Assembly (NCBI GenBank): GCA_945897965.1
Contig: CAMDHK010000001.1
Location: 16,231 to 80,230, forward strand
Source: Candidatus Kuenenia stuttgartensis
GTDB lineage: Bacteria > Planctomycetota > Planctomycetia > Gemmatales > Gemmataceae
DNA length: 64,000 nucleotides
Direction of reading: 5' to 3'
This document shows positions 27,157 through 37,308 of this stretch, in pieces (position 1 is the first letter of the stretch; the number at the start of each line of letters is the position of its first letter). The notes below the pieces were generated by a model. It saw only the letters and a list, made by a program, of their open reading frames with translations, was not told the origin of the DNA and did not search any database. The translations under genes were made by a program, and so were the position numbers.

Positions 27157-28510
27157 TTCTCATTGCAGATATTGCAGGTAAAAAGCCACCTACCATACCC
27201 ATTGCTACCGCAAATAGAATTCCACTAAAGATAAGCTTCATATCTACGGTAAGTCGAAGGAGGATGTTTTTGCCACCGCCTGCACCACTACTCATAATAC
27301 TACTCGCAGTAAAACCATCCGCAAAGCTTCCGACAATACAACCCAATACACCGCCAAAAAATGAAAGAAGAATGGCTTCAAGAAAAAAGGAAACCAGTAT
27401 TTGCCAAGGGGCAAATCCAACGATCCGCAACACGCCAATATCTTTGCTTCGCTGGCTAATCGCAGCAAACATCGTGTTCATAATTCCGAAAACACCACCG
27501 ATGGCAACCACTGCTGCAACAAATAAGATCGCAACAAGAAATTGTTTATTAGTGTTGTTTAATTTGTCGTAGTAATCTGTTTCTACAAAAGCCTGCAAAG
27601 CTGCTTTTTTAAAGTTTTTGACAATGTCAGTTGCGGTAGAATATGCTGCTTCTTTGCTATCGGTTTTGATAACAAGAGTGGTGTATGTAACTTTGCCAAA
27701 CCTTTCTGCAACCGTCTTCCATTTGGCCCAGATTTCAGAATCAAAAGTAGAGCCACCTGAATCCATGATTCCTGCAACAACCCAATACTTATCTCCCATG
27801 TTAAAAACATCACCAACCTCAAGACTGGGTTTCATGTAATCAGGCCCGATTTCCTTGGCTATACCCTGACCTAAAACAGCTTCTGTAGCATTGACTTTTC
27901 TGGGTTCCTTACCGGGTTCTGAAACAGTAACTTCCCTAACCCCACCGCCAGCATCCCCAGTAGAAAACCAGTCTCCAGACTTCAAAATCAGATGATGAAC
28001 TTTCCCGGATCTTGCAGGATCTAGAATCCCACGGACCTGAATAAACCTCCTGCGCCTATCGCCTTTACGAGCATGCAAGGGGATAGGCTGATTAACAATC
28101 ACATAAGTTTCCCAACTGGTAAGGGGTTTTCCCAATTCGTCACGACTCACACCAGGATTAAATTCAATTTCACTAACATCGCTATAACCCAAGTTGCTGA
28201 AGATTTCATCGGTGGCCCCATCAGAAAGCACAATTATATTTTCAGGGTGGCCGCTACTCTCTGTCAATTTGTACATCCCATTAACAAAAGCAAGCATCAC
28301 AATAAGAACGCCAATCACCATGGTGAATGCGAGTGCAGTCATAAGAGAAATAGGCCAACGAACAATTAAGTTTCGAATGCTGTAATTGATAGGAACCTTG
28401 CCAACCAAAGCCAGCAAAATAGTAAGGGCGACAATAGAAATCAAAGAAGCCGCCAGCATAGAAAAAAGACTCATATAAAGGCTCCGATATAACTTAAGAG
28501 GTTCTTGCAA
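27131..28510 (-). CDS. ABC transporter permease, FtsX/MacB-like
   Basis: One N-terminal TM, a large periplasmic domain, then a C-terminal FtsX-type 3-TM bundle (GVLRIVGFAPWQIL ... ISAMRIKPLESLR). Confidence 0.8.
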   Translation of the reverse strand: MQEPLKLYRSLYMSLFSMLAASLISIVALTILLALVGKVPINYSIRNLIVRWPISLMTALAFTMVIGVLIVMLAFVNGMYKLTESSGHPENIIVLSDGATDEIFSNLGYSDVSEIEFNPGVSRDELGKPLTSWETYVIVNQPIPLHARKGDRRRRFIQVRGILDPARSGKVHHLILKSGDWFSTGDAGGGVREVTVSEPGKEPRKVNATEAVLGQGIAKEIGPDYMKPSLEVGDVFNMGDKYWVVAGIMDSGGSTFDSEIWAKWKTVAERFGKVTYTTLVIKTDSKEAAYSTATDIVKNFKKAALQAFVETDYYDKLNNTNKQFLVAILFVAAVVAIGGVFGIMNTMFAAISQRSKDIGVLRIVGFAPWQILVSFFLEAILLSFFGGVLGCIVGSFADGFTASSIMSSGAGGGKNILLRLTVDMKLIFSGILFAVAMGMVGGFLPAISAMRIKPLESLR

Positions 28511-29864
28511 ATACTTCAGAAACCTTTACCCTGCAAGCAGAAAGAGAGGGAAGCAAACTGCCCCCCAATGCGGTGCTAATTCCAATTGCAGGCCCCCACC
28601 AGATTGCATCAATGGGAATCATAAAAATCGGAAAGAACGCAATAGGGAATTTAATGCCACCAAACACATTATTTATAACCATGGTTGTCGCAATCGAACT
28701 AACCAACCCGCTAAATCCCCCGACCATAATCGCTTCGCCAAGCACCAGACAAAGAATTTGGATTGGTGTAAACCCAATAACTTTCATAACTGCGATTTCT
28801 TTCCTTCGTTCACGCACGCTAATGCTGATTGCAACCGCGATAATCAGTGCCATTGTTGCCAGAATAAATGGAGCCAAAATCCATCGAAGTCCCCAAAGAA
28901 GATCGCGATAAGCATCGAGAAATGTAGATATGCCAGAGGAAGCAGTCTCCACCTTCACAGCAGGGCTAGTAAAAGAAGGGGAATCAGTAATCTGTCGTTC
29001 AACTTTTTGAAAAACATCCTTGTCGGGAACCCTGATCCAAACAAGATTTAAGTTGCGATTGCTCATGGGATGTTTCGAATTCGGATTTTTTCTGTTGTAG
29101 TCATCCAAGGAATCATTTAGATAATCACGATTCAAAATAGCACTTTGGTTGTAACGACCTTCCGGAAATGAACCTATGATTTCAACTTCAAGATCAATAC
29201 CTTTATAATTAAAGCTAGTAAGCTTGATTCGTTCACCGACTTTTTTATTGATCGCCTGCAATCTTTCGGTTCCTACGATAATTTTGCGCTTATCCTTGAC
29301 CATTTCTTCGCAAAGCTTATTGAGTTGATCCAATTGCGAGGCGCTATATTCCTCCATCCCGTCCATCATCTTGGTCATCTTCATGGGTTCCATGCTGAAG
29401 AAAAAGATAATGTTATCGCGAGTTTTTTTCTCAGGATCAATTGTCGCGCCATAGAACTGCCAAGTCATCGCATCAACACTTTTATCAATCTTATAATCCC
29501 CCTCCTGGCTTGGCGCCCCTTCTGAAAGGCTGGCTTCATATGCATAAGGCATCTGGCTGGGGATCTGCCATTTCTCCGTAATTATCGCCTTGAAATCTTT
29601 TGCTTTTTCAGAAGTAACCAGATTTAAAAACCAAAGAACAGTCCAAACTAATGTGACAACAAACACCAAAACAATTGATGCAATCGCAGTAAGGCTGGTA
29701 CGAATTATATTCCGCCTAAGATTTAAAAACATAAGACGAAAGTAAAACAGATAGCTATTAGCAAATACAATTATTGCTAGGAAAGCGATCATTCCAAGAA
29801 TCAACGCGCCCAACTGCAGCGGGCTATCAAGTAATTCCAAAAGATACTTTTCAATATTATTCAT
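28494..29864 (-). CDS. ABC transporter permease, FtsX/MacB-like (second, divergent copy)
   Basis: Same topology as the neighbouring permease. FtsX block: IAVMKVIGFTPIQIL ... LSACRVKVSEVF. It overlaps the next permease gene by 17 nt. Confidence 0.8.
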   Translation of the reverse strand: MNNIEKYLLELLDSPLQLGALILGMIAFLAIIVFANSYLFYFRLMFLNLRRNIIRTSLTAIASIVLVFVVTLVWTVLWFLNLVTSEKAKDFKAIITEKWQIPSQMPYAYEASLSEGAPSQEGDYKIDKSVDAMTWQFYGATIDPEKKTRDNIIFFFSMEPMKMTKMMDGMEEYSASQLDQLNKLCEEMVKDKRKIIVGTERLQAINKKVGERIKLTSFNYKGIDLEVEIIGSFPEGRYNQSAILNRDYLNDSLDDYNRKNPNSKHPMSNRNLNLVWIRVPDKDVFQKVERQITDSPSFTSPAVKVETASSGISTFLDAYRDLLWGLRWILAPFILATMALIIAVAISISVRERRKEIAVMKVIGFTPIQILCLVLGEAIMVGGFSGLVSSIATTMVINNVFGGIKFPIAFFPIFMIPIDAIWWGPAIGISTALGGSLLPSLSACRVKVSEVFARTS

Positions 29865-29875
29865 GAGTCTAATCC

Positions 29876-30604
29876 CTAATTGCCAGCATTGCCGGTGACA
29901 TAAGAAAAGTTTCTAGAATCTTTGACGAGCTTGCCTTTTTCAAGTTGCAACACCCTCTGGGCTCGAGCCGCAGACCTTGGATCATGGGTAACCATGATGA
30001 TGGTTTTACCTAAAGTTTTCTGAAGCACCCCCATTAAATCAAGAATCTCATCCGCTGACTTTGAATCCAAATCCCCTGTTGGTTCATCCGCAACGATTAA
30101 TTCGGGATCGGTCACAATCGCCCGAGCAATACCAACACGCTGTTGTTGCCCGCCAGAAAGTTGACCAGGAATATGATTTATTCGCCCAGACAAACCAACA
30201 AGATCAAGAACATTCATAACTTGGACTTTTCGCTGAGCCCGGGTCATAGGCAAAAGAAGCAGGGGCAATTCAACATTTTCGTATGCAGTTAAAACCGGCA
30301 AGAGATGATAGAACTGAAAAACAAAACCAACATGACGGGTTCGCCATGATGCAAGCATTGATTCACTCATCTTGCTAATCAGATTTTTCCCAACGGTAAC
30401 AGTTCCACTCGTAGGCGTATCAAGTCCAGCAATGATATTCAGAAGAGTTGTTTTACCAGAACCACTAGGGCCCATAAGAGCCAAGAATTCTCCCGATTCA
30501 ACCTCGAGTGTCAATTCTTCAAGGACATCAATTTTCTCACTGCCTCTGCTAAAACTTTTGGTAAGGTTTTCGACTCGAACAACAATATTTTCAGCCATGA
30601 TCAT
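29876..30604 (-). CDS. ABC transporter ATP-binding protein (MacB/LolD-type)
   Basis: Walker [11 protein letters not shown]-loop FVFQ, signature LSGGQQQRV, Walker [13 protein letters not shown] and H-loop VTHD are all present. Confidence 0.9.
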   Translation of the reverse strand: MIMAENIVVRVENLTKSFSRGSEKIDVLEELTLEVESGEFLALMGPSGSGKTTLLNIIAGLDTPTSGTVTVGKNLISKMSESMLASWRTRHVGFVFQFYHLLPVLTAYENVELPLLLLPMTRAQRKVQVMNVLDLVGLSGRINHIPGQLSGGQQQRVGIARAIVTDPELIVADEPTGDLDSKSADEILDLMGVLQKTLGKTIIMVTHDPRSAARAQRVLQLEKGKLVKDSRNFSYVTGNAGN

Positions 30605-30619
30605 CCTTTTTAAAATTCG

Positions 30620-31867
30620 TTACTTGGAAGATTGGTCTTTCATAAAAGAAACAATCACACCCATATCGGGCTTTAAATAAACGCCCTCTTCTTCAGGGGA
30701 AACTTTAATTCTAACACGAACAGGTATAGCACCTTTACCGCGATCCGCAATTGGCATTAATCTCGAAATCGTTCCCTCATAACCTTTAGGATGAACCTTC
30801 AAGAAAGGTGCATAATTTTGAAAAGCCTCTGGCATGACAAGGCATTTTTGACCTTTAAAAACCGAAGCAACATCCCGTTCTTGAATGGAAAGATCAACTT
30901 CAAGATCGGTGAGATCGGCCATATCACAAAGCGAAGCGGAAATATTAAAAGCAGCAGGGTTGATAATATTTCCTTCTTCGGATTTTTTAGTCAGAATAAC
31001 TCCGGAAACGGGAGCAACTATAACGCAATTATTAAGCCGCCATTCAGCCTTTGTCAAATCTGCAACCGCTTGGTCAACTTCAGCTTCCGCTGCTTTGAGT
31101 TTCTCTTCCCTTGGCCCCTTGACCATTAAATCAAAAGCAGATTTCAACTTACTGCACTTACGCTCCACTCCTTCAAAACTAAAAGAAGCAACATCCATTT
31201 CGCGCTGTGAGAGTGAAGCAGAGCCTGTGAGCCTTCGATTTCGAACTAAATCGGACCGTAACTGCTCAAGGTTTGAAAGGCATTCAAGATACTCTTGTTT
31301 TGATTGCTCAATTTCTTCAGGCCGATTACCATTTTTAATCTCCAGCTTTCTTTGAGTTGCAGCTTGCAAGACGGCTTTAGCCTTATCAAAATCAGCCTTG
31401 TAATCGATGGATTCAAGCACCGCAAGAACATCGCCTTTTTTCACTCTTTTACCTTCTTCAACATAAAGCTTTTCGATCATACCTGGAACTTTCGGACTAA
31501 CTTGAATCTGATGTATTGGGATAATGTAACCTTTAGCCTCAAGAACAATATTCTCCTTTCCGGGGATCGAAGGGGCTGGAGAAGATTTTTCAGAACCGGT
31601 TTTCACCGTATCAGTACCAGACGATTTGTTTATCTGGCTCGGAAGCTTTTGCAGAACTGAATCGGAACCTGTAGGCGTCATTTTATAACTCCTCCAAGTC
31701 ATCAATCCAGCAACAATCATCATGATAAAGCAAAGTCCCCAAGCGAAAATTGTCGATTTAGGCATCGATTGGGTTTCGGGAGAAGAACTAATTTTGAGCG
31801 ATTTAACTCGTTCTTCCAAACTGGCTTGGTTTTTTGAAACTGATTGGGAACTATTGAGAATGTTCAT
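30620..31867 (-). CDS. efflux transporter periplasmic adaptor subunit (HlyD/MacA family)
   Basis: N-terminal TM anchor, a lipoyl-like hairpin (VKKGDVLAVLES), a long coiled-coil segment and a beta-barrel C-terminus (APVSGVILTK). Confidence 0.85.
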   Translation of the reverse strand: MNILNSSQSVSKNQASLEERVKSLKISSSPETQSMPKSTIFAWGLCFIMMIVAGLMTWRSYKMTPTGSDSVLQKLPSQINKSSGTDTVKTGSEKSSPAPSIPGKENIVLEAKGYIIPIHQIQVSPKVPGMIEKLYVEEGKRVKKGDVLAVLESIDYKADFDKAKAVLQAATQRKLEIKNGNRPEEIEQSKQEYLECLSNLEQLRSDLVRNRRLTGSASLSQREMDVASFSFEGVERKCSKLKSAFDLMVKGPREEKLKAAEAEVDQAVADLTKAEWRLNNCVIVAPVSGVILTKKSEEGNIINPAAFNISASLCDMADLTDLEVDLSIQERDVASVFKGQKCLVMPEAFQNYAPFLKVHPKGYEGTISRLMPIADRGKGAIPVRVRIKVSPEEEGVYLKPDMGVIVSFMKDQSSK

Positions 31868-32538
31868 CGTCGAACTCCTTCAGATCTTTTCTTTTTAATG
31901 ACTTGTTTATTTAAACCAAACTTGGATTTCATGTAGGTAAATAGAATATTTAAAACCAGATCAGACATTGTTTTAGGATCAAATGCATCAGGATCAGCGG
32001 CCCGCTGCATCGATAAGCCATGCAAAATAGCCTCGATCAAGGTTGCAAGGCTACGTAAATCTAAATCATTAGTTACTGATGTAAACTCGTGTTTTAAATC
32101 AGCGGTGATCCTAGTACGCCATTCCTCATACAAAGCACTAAGCCTTAAGCGAAAGTCGGCCCTATGAGAAATTTGAGAAAGAAAAGTGTATTGAAGAGCA
32201 TGAAAGCCATCCCCCTCGACGGGCCTTGCCAACACATTTTCAATAATTCTTGAAATGCGCTCCCATCCTTCAAGTTGATCTGCAGATGGCTTTCCTGTGT
32301 TTTTATCCTGAACTTGACAATCAAGCTGCATCAAAAAAAGGAACCGATCAAAAACTGCCAGCAAAATATCTTCCTTTGCAGGAAAGTAATATGTAAGCTG
32401 ACCTCGACTCATATGCGCTTTCTTTTCAATTTCAGAAAGCGAAAAATTCTGCAACCCTTGCTGCGCAATTACACAAACAGCAGCATCAACAATCTGCTCT
32501 TTGCGAATGAAGGTTATATCAATGCGACTTTGATTCAT
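31864..32538 (-). CDS. TetR/AcrR family transcriptional regulator
   Basis: N-terminal HTH (FSLSEIEKKAHMSRGQLTYYFPAKEDIL). Its stop overlaps the adaptor-gene start in ATGA. I prefer the ATG at 32538 over the TTG at 32559. Confidence 0.85.
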   Translation of the reverse strand: MNQSRIDITFIRKEQIVDAAVCVIAQQGLQNFSLSEIEKKAHMSRGQLTYYFPAKEDILLAVFDRFLFLMQLDCQVQDKNTGKPSADQLEGWERISRIIENVLARPVEGDGFHALQYTFLSQISHRADFRLRLSALYEEWRTRITADLKHEFTSVTNDLDLRSLATLIEAILHGLSMQRAADPDAFDPKTMSDLVLNILFTYMKSKFGLNKQVIKKKRSEGVRR

Positions 32539-32560
32539 GACATAAAGCTCGAACCACAAT

Positions 32561-32576
32561 TAGACCGAACAGTCTA
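32561..32576. promoter_or_regulatory. candidate TetR operator palindrome
   Basis: TAGAC-CGAACA-GTCTA lies 23-38 nt upstream of the tetR ATG, in the 78-nt gap between the PP2C gene and the tetR-efflux operon. Confidence 0.3.
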
Positions 32577-32637
32577 TTTATAGTCCAACCAGTTTAGCCC
32601 TGTCAAGGATTCTTCCAAATTTAACCAACCACTTTGA

Positions 32638-34812
32638 TTAAGTACAACGGATAACAACCACGGTTGCATTGTCTGTTGCACCCTCAATATTTGCAAGATT
32701 GACCAACCTTCGGGCTGCCATTTGCGCAGATTGCGCCTCATTGGCAAGCATGGTTTTAAGATCTTTATTGGAAATGTGATTGGTTAAGCCATCCGAACAA
32801 ACAAACACCCAGTCCCCAGCAAGAACTCTTGCATGATAGATTCCAACTTCTACATCCGGTTGGCCGCCAATAGCTTGCTGAAGCTCATTTTTTCGAGGGT
32901 GATCCTCGGCCTCTTCGGCAGTAATGCTTCCAAGCTCAACAAGTCGATTTACCAAAGTTTGATCTCTCGTAACTTGGATTAACTCCCCTTGGGAAAGATG
33001 ATAAACCCTGCTATCGCCGACATGACCAACGACCAGATTTTTGCCATCAATGTAAGCGGCTTCAGCAGTGCAACCCATACCACGCCTTTTGCTACCTGGA
33101 GCTCTGGAAGCAGTAAAGATTTGGCGATTTGCATCTTTGAGAGCACCTTTAAACAACATCTTGCAACCTTCCACATCAAGCTCTGCGGGAGCGTGGGTTT
33201 CGCCTTTAGGCGGAGGGGTTGCTGCATCATTAGTGAAGGCCGAGCCACCAGCAAATTGAGCGAACATTTTATTCATGGTAAGGTTTTGCCTAAGAATCTG
33301 CATAGTCATCGCAGCAGCAATTTCTCCAGCTTCATAACCGCCCATGCCATCCGCCAAAAACACCAGAGCAGTATCCGTTAAATCATCCTGGCGCGATTCG
33401 GTGGCATGCATGAGAGCAAAAGCATCTTCATTGCCCGTACGAACCATACCCGTGGTTGTCCAACTAGCAATTTCAAGCCTGCACCTATCCAAGCTACGGC
33501 CGACAGAAGCCAGCGTTGCAATGAGTTCTGTAAACCCACTTTTATCATCACGGCCCGCCTCATCAGTGGGGAATCTTGCATGAATTTCGGTACGAAACGT
33601 TTTTGAAATCAACCTGCCAAACGCAGGATGAATATCAGGGAACCTAGGTATGAAAGGCTTGGGAACCCCTGGTTTTTCAAAATCATTTTCACTTAATTCA
33701 CGATGCAATATTTCCAACGAATAGATCAGCGCACCAAAGCTGTAAAGAGAAGGCCTAGGTGAGGTGCAACCCTTGCCCGACAACAACTCTGGGGGAGTAT
33801 ATAACGTTCCACGCACGGGACTTCCCGGGGGAAAAGGTAGTGGCAGAATTTCCAGAACATCCTTAAGCTTTAATTTACCCTCACTGGTCAGCACAACACT
33901 TTCAGGCCGAACAAATTCAAGAAATGCACCGACTTTGTGTAGTGATACCAATATACGAGCAAGATCTTGCAGATACGAAAATCTGATGCTGGCGTTTTGA
34001 CTTTCATCATCCCAAATTTCCCATAGGTCTTTTCCTGTAGGAATTTCAAGAACAAGATAATTTGTGGAATTTTCAGTGCCACCAAAAAGAACTTTAGGCA
34101 GCCCAACTGTATCCGCAGCATCCAAAGTCGATCTTAACCAACCCAAATTAGGCCATACCAATAGCTTTGGCATTTCACTCGTCAAATCAATTCCGCCCGT
34201 ACCAGAAAGCAACGCATCATCAAAGCTTGGTAAAAAATCATCGGACTCATCATTTTCGGGGGCGACCACTTTAGCGGTCTCGATTTGCTCACCAGCATCT
34301 GCTTGCGAATAAATGAAAACATCAACCGGGCCGCCCGAAGCTGCAATATCAACTCCAGCTTGAATTTTTACACCTGCGTATTCTCGCAATACTTTTGTGG
34401 CCTTATATCTGCCCGCAATTACTGACTCCGAACTAACTACAGCACCTAAACTATCTGCAACTATCGCAGCTCCAGCCAGATCAAGTTCAGTAAAATAATA
34501 TCCGCAATCCTGACATGAACTATTATCTTGCTCTCTTCGAGATCCACACACCTTGCATAGAATTACCACTGCTTCAAGTTTGGAATCATTCTGCGGAACT
34601 ATGACTTCAGGCAAAACCGTTGGTGAAGATTCAATCATTTCAACCTGAGAAACAACATTCAAGGCCCCATCTTCTATCTCAACAGGCAACGCCATGGGTA
34701 TAAAGCCCTCCTCCAACTGATCAGCGTTTTCAACGGGCACTGCCAGAGGAATATCCCCTTGCATCTCAGCTTGGGGTTCATGGTTGTTGGAGGAAGAAGG
34801 GTCAGTATGCAT
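32638..34812 (-). CDS. zinc-ribbon / pseudokinase / PP2C (PPM) Ser/Thr phosphatase fusion protein
   Basis: Zinc ribbon CKVCG-x12-CQDCG. The central Hanks-like domain has no G-loop or beta3 Lys, and its catalytic loop reads LEFVRPES instead of HRDLKPEN. The C-terminal PPM domain carries TGNEDAF, LADGMGGYEAGEIAA, GHVGDSRVY, CSDGLTN and ATDNATVVVI. Confidence 0.8.
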   Translation of the reverse strand: MHTDPSSSNNHEPQAEMQGDIPLAVPVENADQLEEGFIPMALPVEIEDGALNVVSQVEMIESSPTVLPEVIVPQNDSKLEAVVILCKVCGSRREQDNSSCQDCGYYFTELDLAGAAIVADSLGAVVSSESVIAGRYKATKVLREYAGVKIQAGVDIAASGGPVDVFIYSQADAGEQIETAKVVAPENDESDDFLPSFDDALLSGTGGIDLTSEMPKLLVWPNLGWLRSTLDAADTVGLPKVLFGGTENSTNYLVLEIPTGKDLWEIWDDESQNASIRFSYLQDLARILVSLHKVGAFLEFVRPESVVLTSEGKLKLKDVLEILPLPFPPGSPVRGTLYTPPELLSGKGCTSPRPSLYSFGALIYSLEILHRELSENDFEKPGVPKPFIPRFPDIHPAFGRLISKTFRTEIHARFPTDEAGRDDKSGFTELIATLASVGRSLDRCRLEIASWTTTGMVRTGNEDAFALMHATESRQDDLTDTALVFLADGMGGYEAGEIAAAMTMQILRQNLTMNKMFAQFAGGSAFTNDAATPPPKGETHAPAELDVEGCKMLFKGALKDANRQIFTASRAPGSKRRGMGCTAEAAYIDGKNLVVGHVGDSRVYHLSQGELIQVTRDQTLVNRLVELGSITAEEAEDHPRKNELQQAIGGQPDVEVGIYHARVLAGDWVFVCSDGLTNHISNKDLKTMLANEAQSAQMAARRLVNLANIEGATDNATVVVIRCT

Positions 34813-34859
34813 CGAAAATCACCTCTAAATCATTATCAAATAATTTTAAGAACATTGGC

Positions 34860-36335
34860 TTATCGAAGCCTGTTGCCACAATGAATACAACATCGACTGC
34901 CCATTCTGTTATTCTTACCACAGTAGTAACAAGGAGGGGTGGAGTCGGTTAAAGGCTCTGCGCATTTACCACAAAAAGGCTGACGAACTTTGTTCATCGA
35001 AGCACATTTTGAACAAGGTACTTCTTTGGTAACCTGTTTTTTTTCTAGATCAGCCTTGATATCCCGAGCGCTATAATAGCGTTCGTTAGGGTCTTCACTT
35101 AAATTAACTTTGATCATTTCAAAAAGCCATTGCGACTGCGGGGGAATCGGGTTGGAAGTATCTTTCAGCAAAAGATCAATTTCATGAACAGTAATGGACC
35201 CTTCTGGAACCTTACCTGTTGCCAATTGGTATAGAGTGCAAGCGAGTGCAAAAAGATCGCTACGAGGTTCAGGTTTACCTGCAATTTGCTCTAAGGGTGC
35301 ATAACCTTCTGTGTAAACTTTAGTCTTTGCAGCATGCCTGTCTTTTTGATTTTTACCCAAATCTCTGGCTGTACCAAAGTCGATCATTTTGATGGATTTT
35401 TTATCTTCAAGAAGCATTACATTTTCAGGTTTCAAATCGCGATGAACCAAAGGAGGAACTTGCGAATGCATATGCTGAAGCACATCGCAAATACTTCGAC
35501 CCCACTCGATCACACTTTCGATCGGGAACGGTGTATGGCCATTCGATTCAAGGATTTTCATCAAATCCTTACCCTTGATAAATTCAAGAACAAGATAAGC
35601 CCGCTCACCTTGTTCAATTAAATCATAAACCTTTGGCACGATGGAAACAGAATCCAATGATTTTAGAATGTCCGCTTCACGCCTGAAAAAGTTCAATCGA
35701 ATATCAAATTCGCCAGGATCTTCGCAAATCATATCCTTGATTGCTACTGGCCTGTTTGCTTCTTTAATATCCGTTGCAAGATAAACAGCACCAAAACCAC
35801 CTATCGCCAACTGCTTTTCAATTCGATATCGATTATTAATTAAATGCCCTGCAGCAAATGGAAGAACTTGACCACAACGCTGACAGTTTCGTTCCCCAGG
35901 AGGGTTTGCAGATCCGCAAACAGGATTAGTACAAATGGCAGGGCTTACCCCATCACCTTCTGCCAAGGTACTTTCAGCCTGCAAAAGGTAACCACAATCC
36001 ATACAAGAAATCGCACCAGGCAGAAGTTGAGCAGTACAAGCAGGGCAGTTAATTGGCCCAATCACTGGGGAACTTGGTTTGGAGGCAACCTGACTGGAAT
36101 CAGCTTTCGCAACTTTAGGCGTTGCAGCAACTGGCGCAACCCCGGGTGAAACAGCGGGCTTATTGACAACCGGAGCAAGTATATTTACGGAAGGCACTGA
36201 AGGAGAAGCCGGGGATGCAGAAGCTGGAACTGTAAACGGAACTTTGCAGGTTGGGCATGCAAAGGTCTTACCCACCGAATTATCGGGGAGTTGCATTTTC
36301 ATGTTACATTTCGGACAACCAAAGACTATCGGCAT
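34860..36335 (-). CDS. Hanks-type Ser/Thr protein kinase flanked by multiple zinc ribbons
   Basis: Intact kinase motifs: GGFGAVYLA, VAIKDM, HRDLKPENVML, DFGTARD, GYAPLEQ. There are three CxxC...CxxC units N-terminal (CPKC..CPTC, CPAC..CMDC, CTNPVC..CQRC) and two C-terminal (CSKC..CGKC, CYYC..CIHC). Confidence 0.9.
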   Translation of the reverse strand: MPIVFGCPKCNMKMQLPDNSVGKTFACPTCKVPFTVPASASPASPSVPSVNILAPVVNKPAVSPGVAPVAATPKVAKADSSQVASKPSSPVIGPINCPACTAQLLPGAISCMDCGYLLQAESTLAEGDGVSPAICTNPVCGSANPPGERNCQRCGQVLPFAAGHLINNRYRIEKQLAIGGFGAVYLATDIKEANRPVAIKDMICEDPGEFDIRLNFFRREADILKSLDSVSIVPKVYDLIEQGERAYLVLEFIKGKDLMKILESNGHTPFPIESVIEWGRSICDVLQHMHSQVPPLVHRDLKPENVMLLEDKKSIKMIDFGTARDLGKNQKDRHAAKTKVYTEGYAPLEQIAGKPEPRSDLFALACTLYQLATGKVPEGSITVHEIDLLLKDTSNPIPPQSQWLFEMIKVNLSEDPNERYYSARDIKADLEKKQVTKEVPCSKCASMNKVRQPFCGKCAEPLTDSTPPCYYCGKNNRMGSRCCIHCGNRLR

Positions 36336-36376
36336 AGCTTAAGACCTTAATTTACGAGCCTGTAAAAGAATATAGA

Positions 36377-37294
36377 TTACTTCTTTTTCCCGGGCTTCTC
36401 GTTGAACCTTAAAAGATAACTTCCCAAGCGAATAAGATCACCCGCCTTTAGTTCGGTGGGTTTGGTAACTTTCTGATCATTCAGAAAAGTCCCTGAAGCA
36501 CTACCTGCATCTGCAATCAAGTACCGATTTTTTTGCATTAACAATTTCGCATGAATCTTTTCAATCGAATTATCACCGAACAGGCCTATATCACAAGTTT
36601 CAGCCCGTCCAAAAAAGGTTTCGGGTTTAGAAAGAATAAGTTCTTTCCCAACTCTTTTACCCGCCTCAACACGCACCCAAGCTTCCTTTAAAACCACTTG
36701 CGCCAAACCAATAAAGAAACCAACAGCAGCGCCCAAAGCAACAAACCCAAGACCACTGGCACTAAGAAGATTTTCTCTGCCAAAAATGGCCCCAAGGCTT
36801 AATTTGAAGAACAAAAAGAATGCACCACCAAGAAAACCACCCAGAGCGCCACCCATAAGCCCATTTTTAATTTTGTTGTCATGAGGGGCAGGGGACTTTG
36901 TTGCAAGTGCAAACACCAAATCAAAAAGTCCAAGTGACAAGCCAATAAGTAGGCCAGAAATCGTCCAACCAATCAGCACAAAAAATTGAACTCCAGTAAT
37001 GCGAACAATAACCGAACCCGTAACACCTCCCAAAATGCCACCAAAAAGGCCAACAAAGCCTGCGCCCAAGGAGCGAATTACAAGCCTTTTAATGTCAGAC
37101 TTTCCCGTGCTCCAAACCGTATCAAGAACACCAACAGCAAAAGAAATAAGCGCGCCTACTAAAGCACCATCAATCACGGATTGCAATAATTCAGAAGTTA
37201 CACCTTGGGTTACCAATCTTGATACAAATGCAGCACTAAGGGCTGCATAGGCTCCAAATACCGCACAATAATAAAGAAAAAGATTAAAACTCAT
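36377..37294 (-). CDS. polytopic Gly-rich membrane protein with a C-terminal FHA domain
   Basis: About 6 hydrophobic Gly/Ala-rich spans (GAGFVGLFGGILGGVTG, GGALGGFLGGAFFLFF) are followed by an FHA core: FFGRAETCDIGL ... IHAKL ... YLIADAGSASGTFLNDQKV. Confidence 0.8.
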   Translation of the reverse strand: MSFNLFLYYCAVFGAYAALSAAFVSRLVTQGVTSELLQSVIDGALVGALISFAVGVLDTVWSTGKSDIKRLVIRSLGAGFVGLFGGILGGVTGSVIVRITGVQFFVLIGWTISGLLIGLSLGLFDLVFALATKSPAPHDNKIKNGLMGGALGGFLGGAFFLFFKLSLGAIFGRENLLSASGLGFVALGAAVGFFIGLAQVVLKEAWVRVEAGKRVGKELILSKPETFFGRAETCDIGLFGDNSIEKIHAKLLMQKNRYLIADAGSASGTFLNDQKVTKPTELKAGDLIRLGSYLLRFNEKPGKKK

Positions 37295-37308
37295 ATGGCT
37301 AAATTCCG

